Origin: Eledone cirrhosa
Lineage: Eukaryota
Direction: 5' to 3'
Assembly: GCA_964016885.1 (NCBI GenBank)
Contig: OZ024740.1
Location: forward strand, 86,986,001-87,050,000
Length of the DNA stretch: 64,000 nt
Made by a program: the position numbers and the translations under genes. The notes beneath the pieces were generated by a model. That model was not told where the DNA came from. It did no database searches and saw nothing but the letters and a program-made list of their open reading frames with translations. Positions 52,610-64,000 of the stretch are shown here, piece after piece; the first letter of the stretch is position 1; every line of letters starts with the position of its first letter.

Positions 52610-52976
52610 TGTGTAGCGGTTGTCTCCCTTGTTTGGATTAACATCTAGACGGGAAGTAGAACCCTTTCTGTAACTTCCAGTCAGAACCCTATAAAACTAA
52701 TAACTTTAAGTTCTCACTCTCTCATTGCCCTTTCGGCACCAGGTCAAGAGCCTCTCATTTGGCCAACAGGCGCCTGGCCTTAGCCAGGCGTCCTCTGCCA
52801 GCCGCGTTTGCCTGGCAATCAAAACGGTAACGACTAACTTTGTTTCATTCTATCATCTATTTCTTTGACATGTTAACTATACTATCTACCATTGTTAATT
52901 AAATATTATACACACAAACCAATGTATTCCTTGTTACATTCATACAACCCAGTACTCTCGCTATAGTTGTATCACA
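52610..52976 (+). mobile_element. Probable solo LTR (367 bp)
   Basis: TGTG...CACA ends; flanks ACAGT/ACAGC (4 of 5 match as a TSD); TATAAAA at ~52690; ATTAAA at ~52898. Confidence 0.6.
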
Positions 52977-54295
52977 ACAGCTATCTACCTATTTGTCTAA
53001 CTCCCTTTCTTTGGACAATAAAAATAATAAACTCTATCTACCCAACTATCGATTTAACTGTTGATCCATTTAACTACCTATCTGCCTGTATGTTTATCTA
53101 TCAATACATCTATATTTAATCTATCTACCTTTGTAAGTATATATGTATGTACATATGTACGTATGTATGTACATATGTATGTATGTATATATGTACGTAT
53201 GTATGTATATATATATATATATATATATATCTGTATGAGGGAGCTTATAGATAGGACAACACACGCTGTCTTTTCGTGGGGTAAGTTTTTAATTAATTTT
53301 TGTATTCTGAAACATCAAAATACAACAATTTGTTGGTCACTCGACTCGGGAATGTCACGACAGAAGTTTGTGGAAGTTACACAAATATTTTAGTATATTT
53401 TAGCAGAGCAATCCTTATTTATATTTTACATTTTACATTTACTTACATCTCAATATAACATGGCTAAAATTCAAATTTTGCAAAGAGAAGAAAACGGTCA
53501 ATTGAACTAGATACATCTCACAGTCCCCCGCCACCACAATAACGTCTACACTCTCTCCCCACCATCACATGTCATTACCATACCATACCCTATCTAGACT
53601 AAAGTCATCGACTTGTTGTCAAACTCTCTACTCTCTGTTGAATGTGTATATATATATATGTGTGTGTGTATGTATATGTGTGTATATACATCACTCAGTC
53701 AAACGACCAGATTTCAACCCCAACATCTACAACAACAACAACACTGGCACTAATGTTTACAAATGAACTGAAATTAACATTTACAACAACAACAGCGGTA
53801 TCAAAACATTAAAAAAAAAACAAAAAAAACCTCAAAATAACAAAACACACACACAACAACAACATCAACTGCCACCGCTGCCGCCATCACCATCACCAGC
53901 GACCGGGCCTTGAGAAAACAACTTTAATAATAATTTTTCTGCTTTTGGCACGGATCCAGCGACTGGCCAGCGCATCACTGGTACTCACTTTTGTTGACTC
54001 CGTGGGGATGAAGGGCAAGGTTGATCTCGGCGGGATTTGAGCTCAGAGCGTGGAGAGCCATAACTCTATGCTGTAAAGCAATTATAATAATACTGGACTG
54101 TAGCACGATCGGCTTCAACTATACAAACTCTTGAAAGTCAACAGTTGACATAATCTTGTAATCTTGTATGTATATATGTAGGTAGACTGTATGTAAGTAT
54201 GTGTATATGTATGTATATTTGTACGTATGTATGTATGTATATATGTACGTATGCATGTATGTAAGTATGTATGTACGTATGTATGTAAGTATGTT

Positions 54296-54509
54296 TCTAG
54301 GAGAAGGCATCTCAGGAAACTGGGTTAACTCCGATATAAAACCTGCGGCTCAGTAGTTACCGATGATGTTGATCTTTTCTTCTTTTCGGGTTATAGCTAC
54401 TGTCGCTCAGCGAGTGGGATTGGCTCAGTGTAGTCTTTCCTCACTTTAAAAATATTCGTCATGCACAGGCATTGCACGAGTGCATTAATAATTATTAATA
54501 GTGTACTAC

Positions 54510-54545
<36 letters not shown>

Positions 54546-57500
54546 TTTTTTTTCTTTTTTTTTTTTTTTCCAATTCAATGATGTTCCAGAACAATGTAAA
54601 GGAGATAATTGGCAATTTAGGTTCTGGAACAAAAAAGATCATTGGCAATAAGGGCAGGGGCCCCAAGTTATCACAGCCTGGGCCCGCTCGTCATCGTGCC
54701 ATTGTAATAGAGCCAAACAAGGCATTTAGTCTTGGCTGCTGGAACGTACGGACGCTGCTTGACAGGGATTCTTTGGAGCGTCCTGAACGAAGGACCGCTC
54801 TTGTTGCAAAGGAGCTTCGACGTTACGATCTTGACATCGTGGCTTTATCTGAGACGAGGTTAGCTGGAGATGGTCATCTTACGGAATTTTGTGGAGAAGA
54901 TACATTCTTCTGGAAAGGAAGAGATGAAGGAACCAGAAGAGAGGCCGGGGTGGGATTTGCTGTTAAGACTGTACTTGTGAATAAATTAGAAGAATTCCCA
55001 GTAGGGATTAGTGAGCGTCTTATGTCCATGAGAGTTCCGCTGGACAAGGGAAGATATGCTACCCTGGTGAGTGTGTATGCTCCAACTATGAATTCTGTCG
55101 ATGAAGAAAAACTGTCCTTTTACCATGCCTTGAAAGGTGTTCTAAGAAATATCCCTCAGGCAGACAAAGTCATCGTGCTTGGTGACTTTAATGCTAGAGT
55201 GGGTAGGGATTTTAACACATGGAATGTAATCGGAAGGCATGGGGTGGGAAAGTGTAACAGCAATGGTATGCTCCTGCTGCAGATGTGTGAGGAGCTGGAT
55301 CTGTGTGTTACCAACACCATGTTCCAACAAAAGAACAAATTGAAGACCACATGGATGCATCCTGCATCTAAGGAATGGCATCTTTTGGACTACGTCCTAG
55401 TCAGGATGCGTGACAGACAGGATGTGCAGTGTGTTCGTGTTCTTCGTGGAGCTGAGTGCTGGACGGACCACCGCCTGGTACACGCAAAAGTGAAACTAAT
55501 CACCAAACGTAAAATCCGGGCTCCTGGTGTTACCCTGCCCAAAAGATTGAATGCTGCTCGTCTTAAGGATAAAAATGTGAAGAGGACATTGGAAGAAGAG
55601 ATGCAGGCTGCAGATCTTGGTGAGGATTGGCCGACCCTTAAAAAGTCGGTTTATGATGTAGGCAGGCGTGTTCTGGGATTGGTGCAGAGAAAACATCAGG
55701 ACTGGTTTAATGAGAATGATGTACATATAGAAGACTTGTTGGCTGATAAGAGGCGTGCTCTGTCACGCTACTTGACGGCAAAACTACAGGAGAGGAATAC
55801 GTTGTATGAGGAGCTCAGGGATGTAAAATCACGTGTTAGGCGGAGTCTTTCTCAGATGAAGGATCAGTGGTGGAGTGAGAAGGCTGGTGAGATACAAACC
55901 GCGTCTGATTCCAATAACACAAAGCTGTTGTACAGTCTCTTGCGTGAGGTTTATGGACCGTCTTCTCTGGTGACACCGCTTCGCAGCAAGGATGGCAAAG
56001 AACTTCTTCGTGACTCACAGGGAATTCTACGAAGGTGGCGAGAGCAGTTTGATGATCTTTTGAATCAGCCGTCTGTCGTCAGTGAAGATTTCCTCAATCT
56101 CATTCCAGAAAGTCCTGTGAAAGTAGCTCTCGCAGAACCTCCGACGCTTGTGGAGGTTGCAGTGGCTATTTCGAAGCTGAACAGTGGAAGATCTCCAGGT
56201 ATGGATGGCATACATGCTGAGCTCCTACAATATGGTGGTGAGAGACTCCTGCAACATCTGCACTCTTTGTTTGGAAGGATATGGGCTAATGAATCCGTAC
56301 CTGAGGACTGGAGAGATGCAGTAATGGTGGTCTTGTACAAGGGAAAGGGTAACAGGAATGATTGTGGGAACTACAGAGGTATATCATTGCTTTCTGTCGT
56401 AGGGAAAGTTTTATGTAGGGTGCTTCTGGACCGTCTGCTGACACACATTGCAGATTGTGTTCTTCCTGAAAGTCAATCTGGTTTTCGTGCTGGACGCGAC
56501 ACTACTGATATGATCTTCTCAGCCAGACAGCTCCAGGAGAAGTGCATTGAACAAGGCTTGGATCTGTATCAGGTTTTTGTCGATCTGACAAAGGCTTTCG
56601 ATACTGTCAACAGAGATGCATTATGGAAGGTTCTTCAGAAACTTGGTTGCCCTGATAAGTTCCTTGCTTTAGTTAGGTCTTTCCATGACGACATGAAGGC
56701 TTGGGTTAATGTCGGAGCCTATCTCAGTAAAAAATGGAGTGAAACAGGGGGATATTCCAGCACCGACCCTGTTTGCCATATACTTTGCAATGGTTTTCTG
56801 TATTGCATTCAGGAATTGCGAGCATGGTGTTTTCATCCGATATCGAACCTCAGGCAGCATATTTAACATCAGGCGCTTTGCTGCGAAGACAAAAGTATTT
56901 ACATCAATCATAAGAGACCTCTTGTATGCAGATGATTGCGATCTTGTAGCGCACACAGAGAGTGATATGCAGCACATTTTGAATGCATTTTCTGACGCTT
57001 GCACTGCCCTGGGTTTGACTGTCAGTCTCAAGAAAACTGTCGTCATGTACCAACCTGCCCCTAGTAAGCAGTATACTGAACCAAACATCTATGTGTATGG
57101 CAAACGACTTGGAGTGGTTGATCAGTTTGTCTACCTGGGAAGCACTGTCAATCGATACGGCAACCTTGACAGTGAAATCTCACTTAGGATTAGGAAAGCA
57201 AGTGATGCTTTCGGAAAGCTAGAAAGGCAACTCTGGGGTCGGCGAGACATATGCAGGAGGACAAAGGTAAAGGTGTACAGGGCATGTGTACTCTCTTGTC
57301 TTCTTTATGCCTGCGAGACCTGGGTCACATATCAACACCACCTTAAGCAATTGGAGCGTTTCTATCAGATGTGTCTCAGACGGATCCACGGCGTTCACTG
57401 GAGGGACCACATCAGTGATGTCGAGATTTTGGAAAGCTCTATGTGTGACAGTATAGAAGCTCTTGTGCTTAAGCAACGACTCCGTTGGAGTGGTCACCTT

Positions 57501-58455
57501 GCCAGGATGAAGGATTCTAGAATACCAAAACAACTCTTTTGTGGAGAGTTAGTTAAAGGAAAACGACCGCCACATAAACCAAAAAAGAGGTATAAGGATT
57601 CCTTGAAGGCCTCTCTGAAAGACGCTAACATCTCTGCTGATACATGGGAAAATATTGCTGCTGATCGTAATAAATGGAGAAAGACTATATATGAGGGAAA
57701 AGTTGCCTTTGAGGCATCTCGAATCGCACACGAGAAAGTAAAGCGGGATGTGAGGAAGGGCATTGCTGTTGCACTTCCAGACGGCGAGGGTCCTCCTATG
57801 GTGCTGACATGCAGCGTCTGTGCGAGACTCTGCCTAAGCAAAGCTGGACTCGAAAGTCATCTTCGCAGTCATAAAGTAAGACCAGCGGTTGACTACCAGG
57901 CTGCTGTTGGAGATGCTACTCATCATGCTTGCCAAACATGTGGTAGAGAATGTAAATCAGCAGGAGGGCTCAAGCGACATTCAAAAGTACAGAAACTCCA
58001 ACCACAGCCGACTATTCCCAGTGAATGTTTTGGTTGCCGACTCTGTGCAAGACATTTTAGATCATTGGCTGGGCTAAAAAGCCACATTCGATCGCAGCAC
58101 TGTTAGTTGCTATCGTGTGTGTGTGTGTGTGTAGATATGCTTATGTGCGTGCGTGTGTGTGTATATATATATGAATATGTATATTATTATTGTTGTTGTC
58201 GTTATTATTATTATTGCTATTATTATTATTATTATTATTATTATTGTTATTAATGTATGTGTGTGTGTATATGTGTGTGTATGTGTATGTATGTGTGTAT
58301 GTATATATGTATGTATATATATATATATATTTCTTTTTTTTTTATTATTTATTTATTATTATTATTATTTTATTTTATTTTATTTTATTTTATTTTTTTG
58401 TTTTTCTTCTCGTGCAATGGCCATACTCGATAACGAGGGGGCAGCCATCATATAT
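54296..58455 (+). mobile_element. Near full-length RTE (BovB-like) LINE, antisense to the host gene
   Basis: 5' UTR-like CTAGGAGAAGG..AACTCCGA..AAACC, a single APE-RT reading frame, and a 3' UTR ending GGCCATACTCGATAACGAGGGGGCAGCCATC. The boundaries are approximate and no TSD was resolved. Confidence 0.9.
54578..58106 (+). pseudogene. RTE ORF: APE endonuclease, reverse transcriptase and three C2H2 fingers, with one frameshift at ~56710-56717
   Basis: WNVRTL, ALSETR, GDFNARVG, LDY, TDH (APE); YRGISLL, QSGFR, FVDLTKAFD, GVKQG, LLYADD, YLGS (RT); CxxC..H motifs at 57810, 57930 and 58035. The poly-L N-terminus in the ORF track is an (ATT)n artefact. Confidence 0.93.
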
Positions 58456-61178
58456 ATATCTATTCTATCCACATGTTTATGAGGTTGTCTGATTGTCTAC
58501 CTATAATTATCGATATGTGTATTCCTTCAGACAAGAAAAACAACAAATCACAAATCCCAATAGTAGTCTGAACATAGGTAAACCAGAATCAGTGTATTTT
58601 AGTGGATATATGTTTGATAATTATTACAGAGAATATGAAAGAATATTACTGTAACTGATTTAAATAAATGTAAAATAAAATATGGCAATAGCCAGAATGA
58701 CAAGAAGGTCAAGGAAATCTCGAAGATTCAAGTACCTTTACGTAGAATGTTGTAATCAAGGAATTATTGAATTAAATATCTTGTATTATCATTTACAAAT
58801 ACTCAAAACAATCTAATATTCTAAAACTAATCAGCATATATCTTCTATTAATTTTAAATAGAAATGACATTAGTTATCAGCGATGACCAGTTAATAAGAA
58901 TATAATTTTTCAATCAGCCTGCAGCCTCCCACCTCATAGCCATCTGCCACATCTGCTCATATGGCTATCCTCCTTATCCTACCAAATAATTCTTCGAGGG
59001 TCTTACTCTCATTTGTTGCAGCAGCAGCAGGCTGGACAAGGCCCCACGACAAGCTCCACATCAGATGGCTGGACTGTAATGAGCTAGCACAGGACCACCA
59101 GTGATGGAAGGCACTTGTGTACCTGGTTGGATCTATGCACAATGACACCTCTGGTACCACTGACCAGAATGACCCAAGATCCATCAATAAAAAACAATAG
59201 ATAGGTAAATAGACAATGTTTCAGTAGATTTGTATTTTGATTGTCATTGAATGTCCTATTCCTGAATATATTCTTATAAGCCGTCTGGTTTTAAACTAAA
59301 AGAAATTATTTCCAAACTGAGAGCAATGATTAATGCCCTTATTATAAAGTCACCGATACATATAAATGATGACTGAAGATCTGAAACAGTGTTGATTTAA
59401 ATATTTAATAAATTATATCTCTAAAGATGAAGTTAGTCTGAAAAATTATACTCTGAAAAATTACATTGATGACAAAAAATATTTGACATTCATCATACAT
59501 ATTGTACTTTGAATAAAAGACATCAATGTTTTATAATAGCAGATATAATGTGTAAGAAATCTTAAATTTCGTCCTGAAACTAATATGTTTGCTAATATTG
59601 GCATTCCAATAAGAAAACAGTTTCCCCCAGTGAAATATAAAAATATAGTATACCGTATGATATTTCAGAGAAGAAATTACAGCAAATATTTTCTTCTTTA
59701 ATAACAGAGTATTAATGAAAAGAAAAATATCAAGAATATAATATCTTCCCTCTCAGCAGGTAATTAATATGAGTTACTTGTGCCTAAGAGAAACAGCTTC
59801 TACAGCATTCTCATCTGCTTAGAATCTGCAAGATTATCACAACAGTAACCTGATAAAAGCCAGATTTCACCTAAGATGAATAATTTTTGTTCTGTTGGTT
59901 GTCATAGAAATTAATCTTTCAGAAAGAAAACAAAAACATTATAAAAGAACGTAACATCAAGGGAATATTGATATCCTTCAAACTGGTCTAGTTACATGTA
60001 TTTATTTACAGTAAAGCAGTTTTGAATGAAAAAAGATCTAGACAATAAGTATATGTTTTCTAGTAATAAAACAAGAATGATAAAGACAGACATCATTTGG
60101 ACTTGATGGTAGATAATTATAATTCACCTACTGCAGCAGATATGAAAACTTATTGATTCAATTACACATAGTATCCAATGAATTGGTATATGCTGTTTTT
60201 CCTCATCTCTCTTTCACATACACATATATGTAATTTACAAGAGAAAGTTTGACAATGACTTCAAAGTTCCACCTATGATCAGATTTGCGAGACAGCCTGA
60301 CACTTTGAAGGCACTGTCACCTTTTCTTTGTAGAAATTCTATACTATATTTATATGTATTCAGTGCTTTTATAGTTAATATTTGACTGTGCTTATGTATA
60401 ATTATACATAACATACACACACACATTGTAGCAGTAACACCCAGAGGTGCCAAGGTTTATTAATGCATAAAATAAATATAATCATATAGATTCATTATAT
60501 TTTGGATAAGTTACTTCAAAAAGATGCTAACAAATTTCATTTGGACTGAGAATGTTAATTCATTCAAAATAGTTACATCCAGGCAATTCCTATTTTAGAA
60601 AGAACCTGAAAATGTCACTTTTGCTTTGGAAAGATGTGCCTTGATACAACATTTCAGTTACCTAAAAGTTAAACTGTAGTTTACAAGTTCTAACATACAA
60701 ACATTAAGAACTGGTATGACATAAAACTAGTATTTGATGAGGTATTGGCATTTCAGTAAATATGAAGAGATGGTTCTACATTCTCAATACTTTAGTTTAT
60801 TAAATAATGTCTGTTATGTACATTTCAGCATATGCTGACTGAATTTCAGACAATCAACATCTCATATCCAGTAGATGGCATATCATATACATTATCATTA
60901 ATTCTGTCTGATGATGACATGGTAGACTTATGTAATCTATGTTTAACACCTCTGAAATGTACATAACAGATTGGCTCTGTGTGTTCTTTTTGCAGGAGTT
61001 TCGACCAGCAATGGAAACATAATTAATGGTAACATAGTTTCCTAGGTCCCATCTGATGATTGGCCCCCTTTCCCTTTTCTAGTTTCAACTAGTGATATTT
61101 TTTAAGCAGAACTAATTAATAAGGATGGAAGTGGTTAGTAATGGTGGTGGGGTAGAACTAATGTATTAGAAAAATAAT

Positions 61179-61367
61179 TGTTTCTACTTTTGGCACAATG
61201 CCAGTAATTACCCAGTACATTACTGGTACTTTATTTTATCGACCCTGTAAGGATGAAAGGCAAAGTTAACCTCGGCGGGAATTGAACTCAGAATGGCAAG
61301 GGCCGTAACTCTATGCCTCAAAGCATGGCGTCCAACGCCTCTACCGATACTGCCAATCCACCACCCT
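61179..61367 (-). mobile_element. SINE family B with 17-bp TSD TGTATTAGAAAAATAAT
   Basis: TSD at 61162 and 61368. Confidence 0.88.
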
Positions 61368-62209
61368 TGTATTAGAAAAATAATGAAGAACCAAAAGAAT
61401 TGATTAACAGAAATAATGTTATATATGATCAATAGGAGATGAGAGAAGTGTTTGAAAATGTAATGAAAAGTGGGTCTAGAGTTATTTGTGGGAACAGGTT
61501 TAATACATAAGTATTTGAAAAGTATTAATCTAAGGGTTATAAATTATAAAACAAGGTATTCATATTTTAAGATAAAAGGTTGGGATTGTAACAAATAGTG
61601 TTAAATATAAATAAAAAGACATTATTGTTAATATAAAATTCTAGCTGGTTTTATAAACTTTTTGGTGAATTGCATTTTTCAAACATTAATATTCAAGATA
61701 TTTAGATGAGTGGGTTGAGCAACTGACAATAGCGTTTTTGTCAATATAAATATCATCTAAAATATATGGTAATGTCATGAGAGCTTTGGGTTACCCACAA
61801 AGTCTATAAAGTAGAAAGCCAGTATCATTCTTGTAGTGTGTAATTGAGGTAGTGTACATACTTTTAATTTTTTACAAGATTTTCAAAAGTGTATTGACAA
61901 AATAAATACTTATTTAAAAATGAATTAGCTATAGTCATTTATATTCATAGTCTTTATAAAGTATATTATTAATCACCTAATGCTAAGGAAATAAAAGCAA
62001 ACTTCCTTATTTTGTGCTAAGTGAATGAACGAGTGAATAACAGAAGCAATAATTTCATGTAAGAAAGCCAAAGTTATGTTTAATGGGATTTAAATGAGAA
62101 ATGATATTTGCAATAGCATAAATAACTAAACTTACATGATAGATATTGTGATAATTTTCATTGTCAGTGGATTTCAAAATATTGTAAGATAATAAAGATA
62201 GTGATAATA

Positions 62210-62860
62210 TGTAAAGTGGTTGTGATGGTGACACAACAAAATGCACCCAGCCTACACTGTAAAGTGGTGTAACAATAAAAAGTACCAGTCCACACTGTCA
62301 AGTGATTGTGCAGGTATCACAACAAAAAGTACCCAGTACTCACTGTAAAGTGGTCGTGTTGGTGTCACAACAAAAGCCACCCAGTATTCACTGTAAATGA
62401 GGTTGGTGTTAGGAAGAGCATCTATCTGTAGAAACCCAGCCAAAATCAGTTCTGTATGAGCAAGACATAGTCACCTAACCTGGCATTGTTCACAACAGGA
62501 TAACTCGTCTAACCCATGCTAGCATGGAAAAACGGATGTTAAATGGTTGTGATGATGATGATAATATGTATGTGGGTATGTATGTGTTGATAAAAAAGTT
62601 GAAATGAAATAGATGTGATAAAAATGTCAAACATATTTTAGGTTATTAATGTTTAAATCATATATTGAATTAGAATAGATAAAAAGCACCCAGTACACAC
62701 TACAAATGTGGTTGGTGTTGGAAGGGAATCCAGCTATAGAAACCAAGCCAAAAACCAGTTCTGTATGAGCGAGACATGATCAGCTGACTTGTTTCACAAT
62801 GAGACAACTCATCTAACACATGCTAGCATGGAAAATAGATGTCAAACGATGATGATGAAT
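62210..62860 (+). mobile_element. Two SINE family A-related 3' segments, the first with tandem ~45-bp modules
   Basis: Repeated GTAAAGTGGT..ACAAAAA..CCCAGT..CACT modules, then GTTGGTGTT(A/G)G(G)AAG and the tail CATGCTAGCATGGAAAA..(TGA)n, twice. Confidence 0.7.
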
Positions 62861-62899
62861 GAATGCAAAACATTTAAAAAAAATAAATATGTGGAATTA

Positions 62900-64000
62900 T
62901 ATAAGGCTACTAAATGAGGAGAATAAATGGGAGAAAGACAGTCTCCCCCATATCGACCCGATAGAGGGACCAGCAGTGTTAGTCGAGGGGAGTATAATAA
63001 GTAAGGCAATCAAGGATATGAAGACTGGTAAGGCGGCTGGGCCTTCGGAAATAGTTGCTGAGATGCTGAAGGCATCTGGCACGGTGGGACACACCATGGT
63101 CACCCGCATAGTTAACCAAGTCGTACAGAATGGGGTTGTTCCGAAGGACTGGCATAGCAGCATCATCGTTAACTGTTATAAGGGTAAAGGAGACGCCCTA
63201 GATAGGAGTAACTATAGAGGCATTAAATTAATCGACCAGGTCATGAAGGTCACGGAAAAAGTAATAGCGCAACTAATCAGAGAGAGAATTGATCTAGATG
63301 AAATGCAGTTCGGGTTTGTGTCAGGCAAAAGCACCACAGACGCTCTTTTCATAGTACGACAACTACAGGAGAAGTACCTAGCTAAAGGTAAACCCCTCTA
63401 CTTAGCTTTTGTCGACCTGGAGAAAGCCTTCGACAGAGTCCCCCGCTCCATTATCTGGTGGGCTCTTAGAAAACTAGGCGTTGACGAATGGCTTGTGAGG
63501 GCTATACAAGCCATGTATAAAGAAACAGTCAGCAAGGTTAGAATTAACAACGAATATAGTGAAGAGTTTAGCGTAAAAGTTGGCGTCCATCAGGGCTCTG
63601 TTCTCAGCCCCCTACTATTTATTATTGCCCTTCAGGCTATAACAGAGGAGTTCAAGACAGGCTGCCCATGGGAACTCCTATACGCAGACGACCTGACACT
63701 CATAGCGGAATCAATGGCCGAGCTAGAGAAGAAATTCCAAACATGGAAGCACGGCCTAGAGTCAAAAGTACTTAAAATTAACCTGGCTAAGACCAAAGTT
63801 CTAGTTTGTAGGAAAGAAAACAAGGCGGCAGTCCCTTCTGGGAAATGGTCGTGCTCGGTATGTAGGAAATGCGTAGGTAGAAACTCCATCTTATGTCCTA
63901 AATGCAAAGTATGGGTGCATAAAAGATGTAGTGGGATCACAGGTAAGCTAACTAAGAACATAGACTTTACATGTGGCCGGTGTTCTGGTGCAATAAGTAG
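62900..64000 (+). mobile_element. 5'-truncated RTE-like LINE: open RT frame with a PHD-type finger, running off the right edge
   Basis: Absent from the ORF track because there is no stop before the edge. RLLNEEN..KAAGPS..YKGKGD..NYRGIKL..MQFGF..FVDLEKAFDRV..GVHQGSVLSP..LLYADD(63681)..CSVC..CPKCKVWVHKRC..CGRC. Confidence 0.92.

Noticed and set aside
54461-54577. Poly-Leu/Phe 'signal peptide' on the RTE ORF
   Set aside because: Derived from (ATT)n and poly-T in the 5' UTR. The plausible start is the ATG at 54578.
58915-59190. 76-aa minus-strand ORF as an upstream host exon
   Set aside because: The plus strand reads as a decayed RTE C-terminus (RWLD..LAQD..WKALV). No Ig motifs or splice support. 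Similar short LINE remnants at ~15100-15440, 18700-18960, 30100-30500 and 35340-35640 were not annotated individually.

Overview
AT-rich, microsatellite-dense animal genomic DNA. The SINE and LINE repertoire suggests a coleoid cephalopod, probably an octopus (inference). The window lies within one minus-strand gene encoding a nephrin/SYG-2/Sticks-and-stones-like Ig-superfamily adhesion receptor. I traced nine GT-AG, phase-consistent exons (47383 down to 6826) encoding half an Ig domain, four more Ig domains (one with no cysteines), one FN3 domain, a transmembrane helix and RRKRKR. I did not find the 5' or cytoplasmic exons in the window. The introns contain a near-intact RTE LINE with three C2H2 fingers, a 5'-truncated RTE-like LINE with a PHD finger, a decayed R4/Dong-like LINE, two tRNA-derived SINE families, piggyBac-type MITEs, Helitron-like elements, a solo LTR and a nested Tc2/Mutator-foldback stack. 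The most notable signal is at 49190-50180: a circularly permuted ~420-nt non-coding repeat unit carrying two apparently intact type I hammerhead ribozymes in inverted orientation, with a compensatory base-pair change between them. It resembles a retrozyme or a Penelope pseudo-LTR, and degenerate hammerhead motifs occur elsewhere in the window. All calls were made by eye; no searches or folding programs were run.
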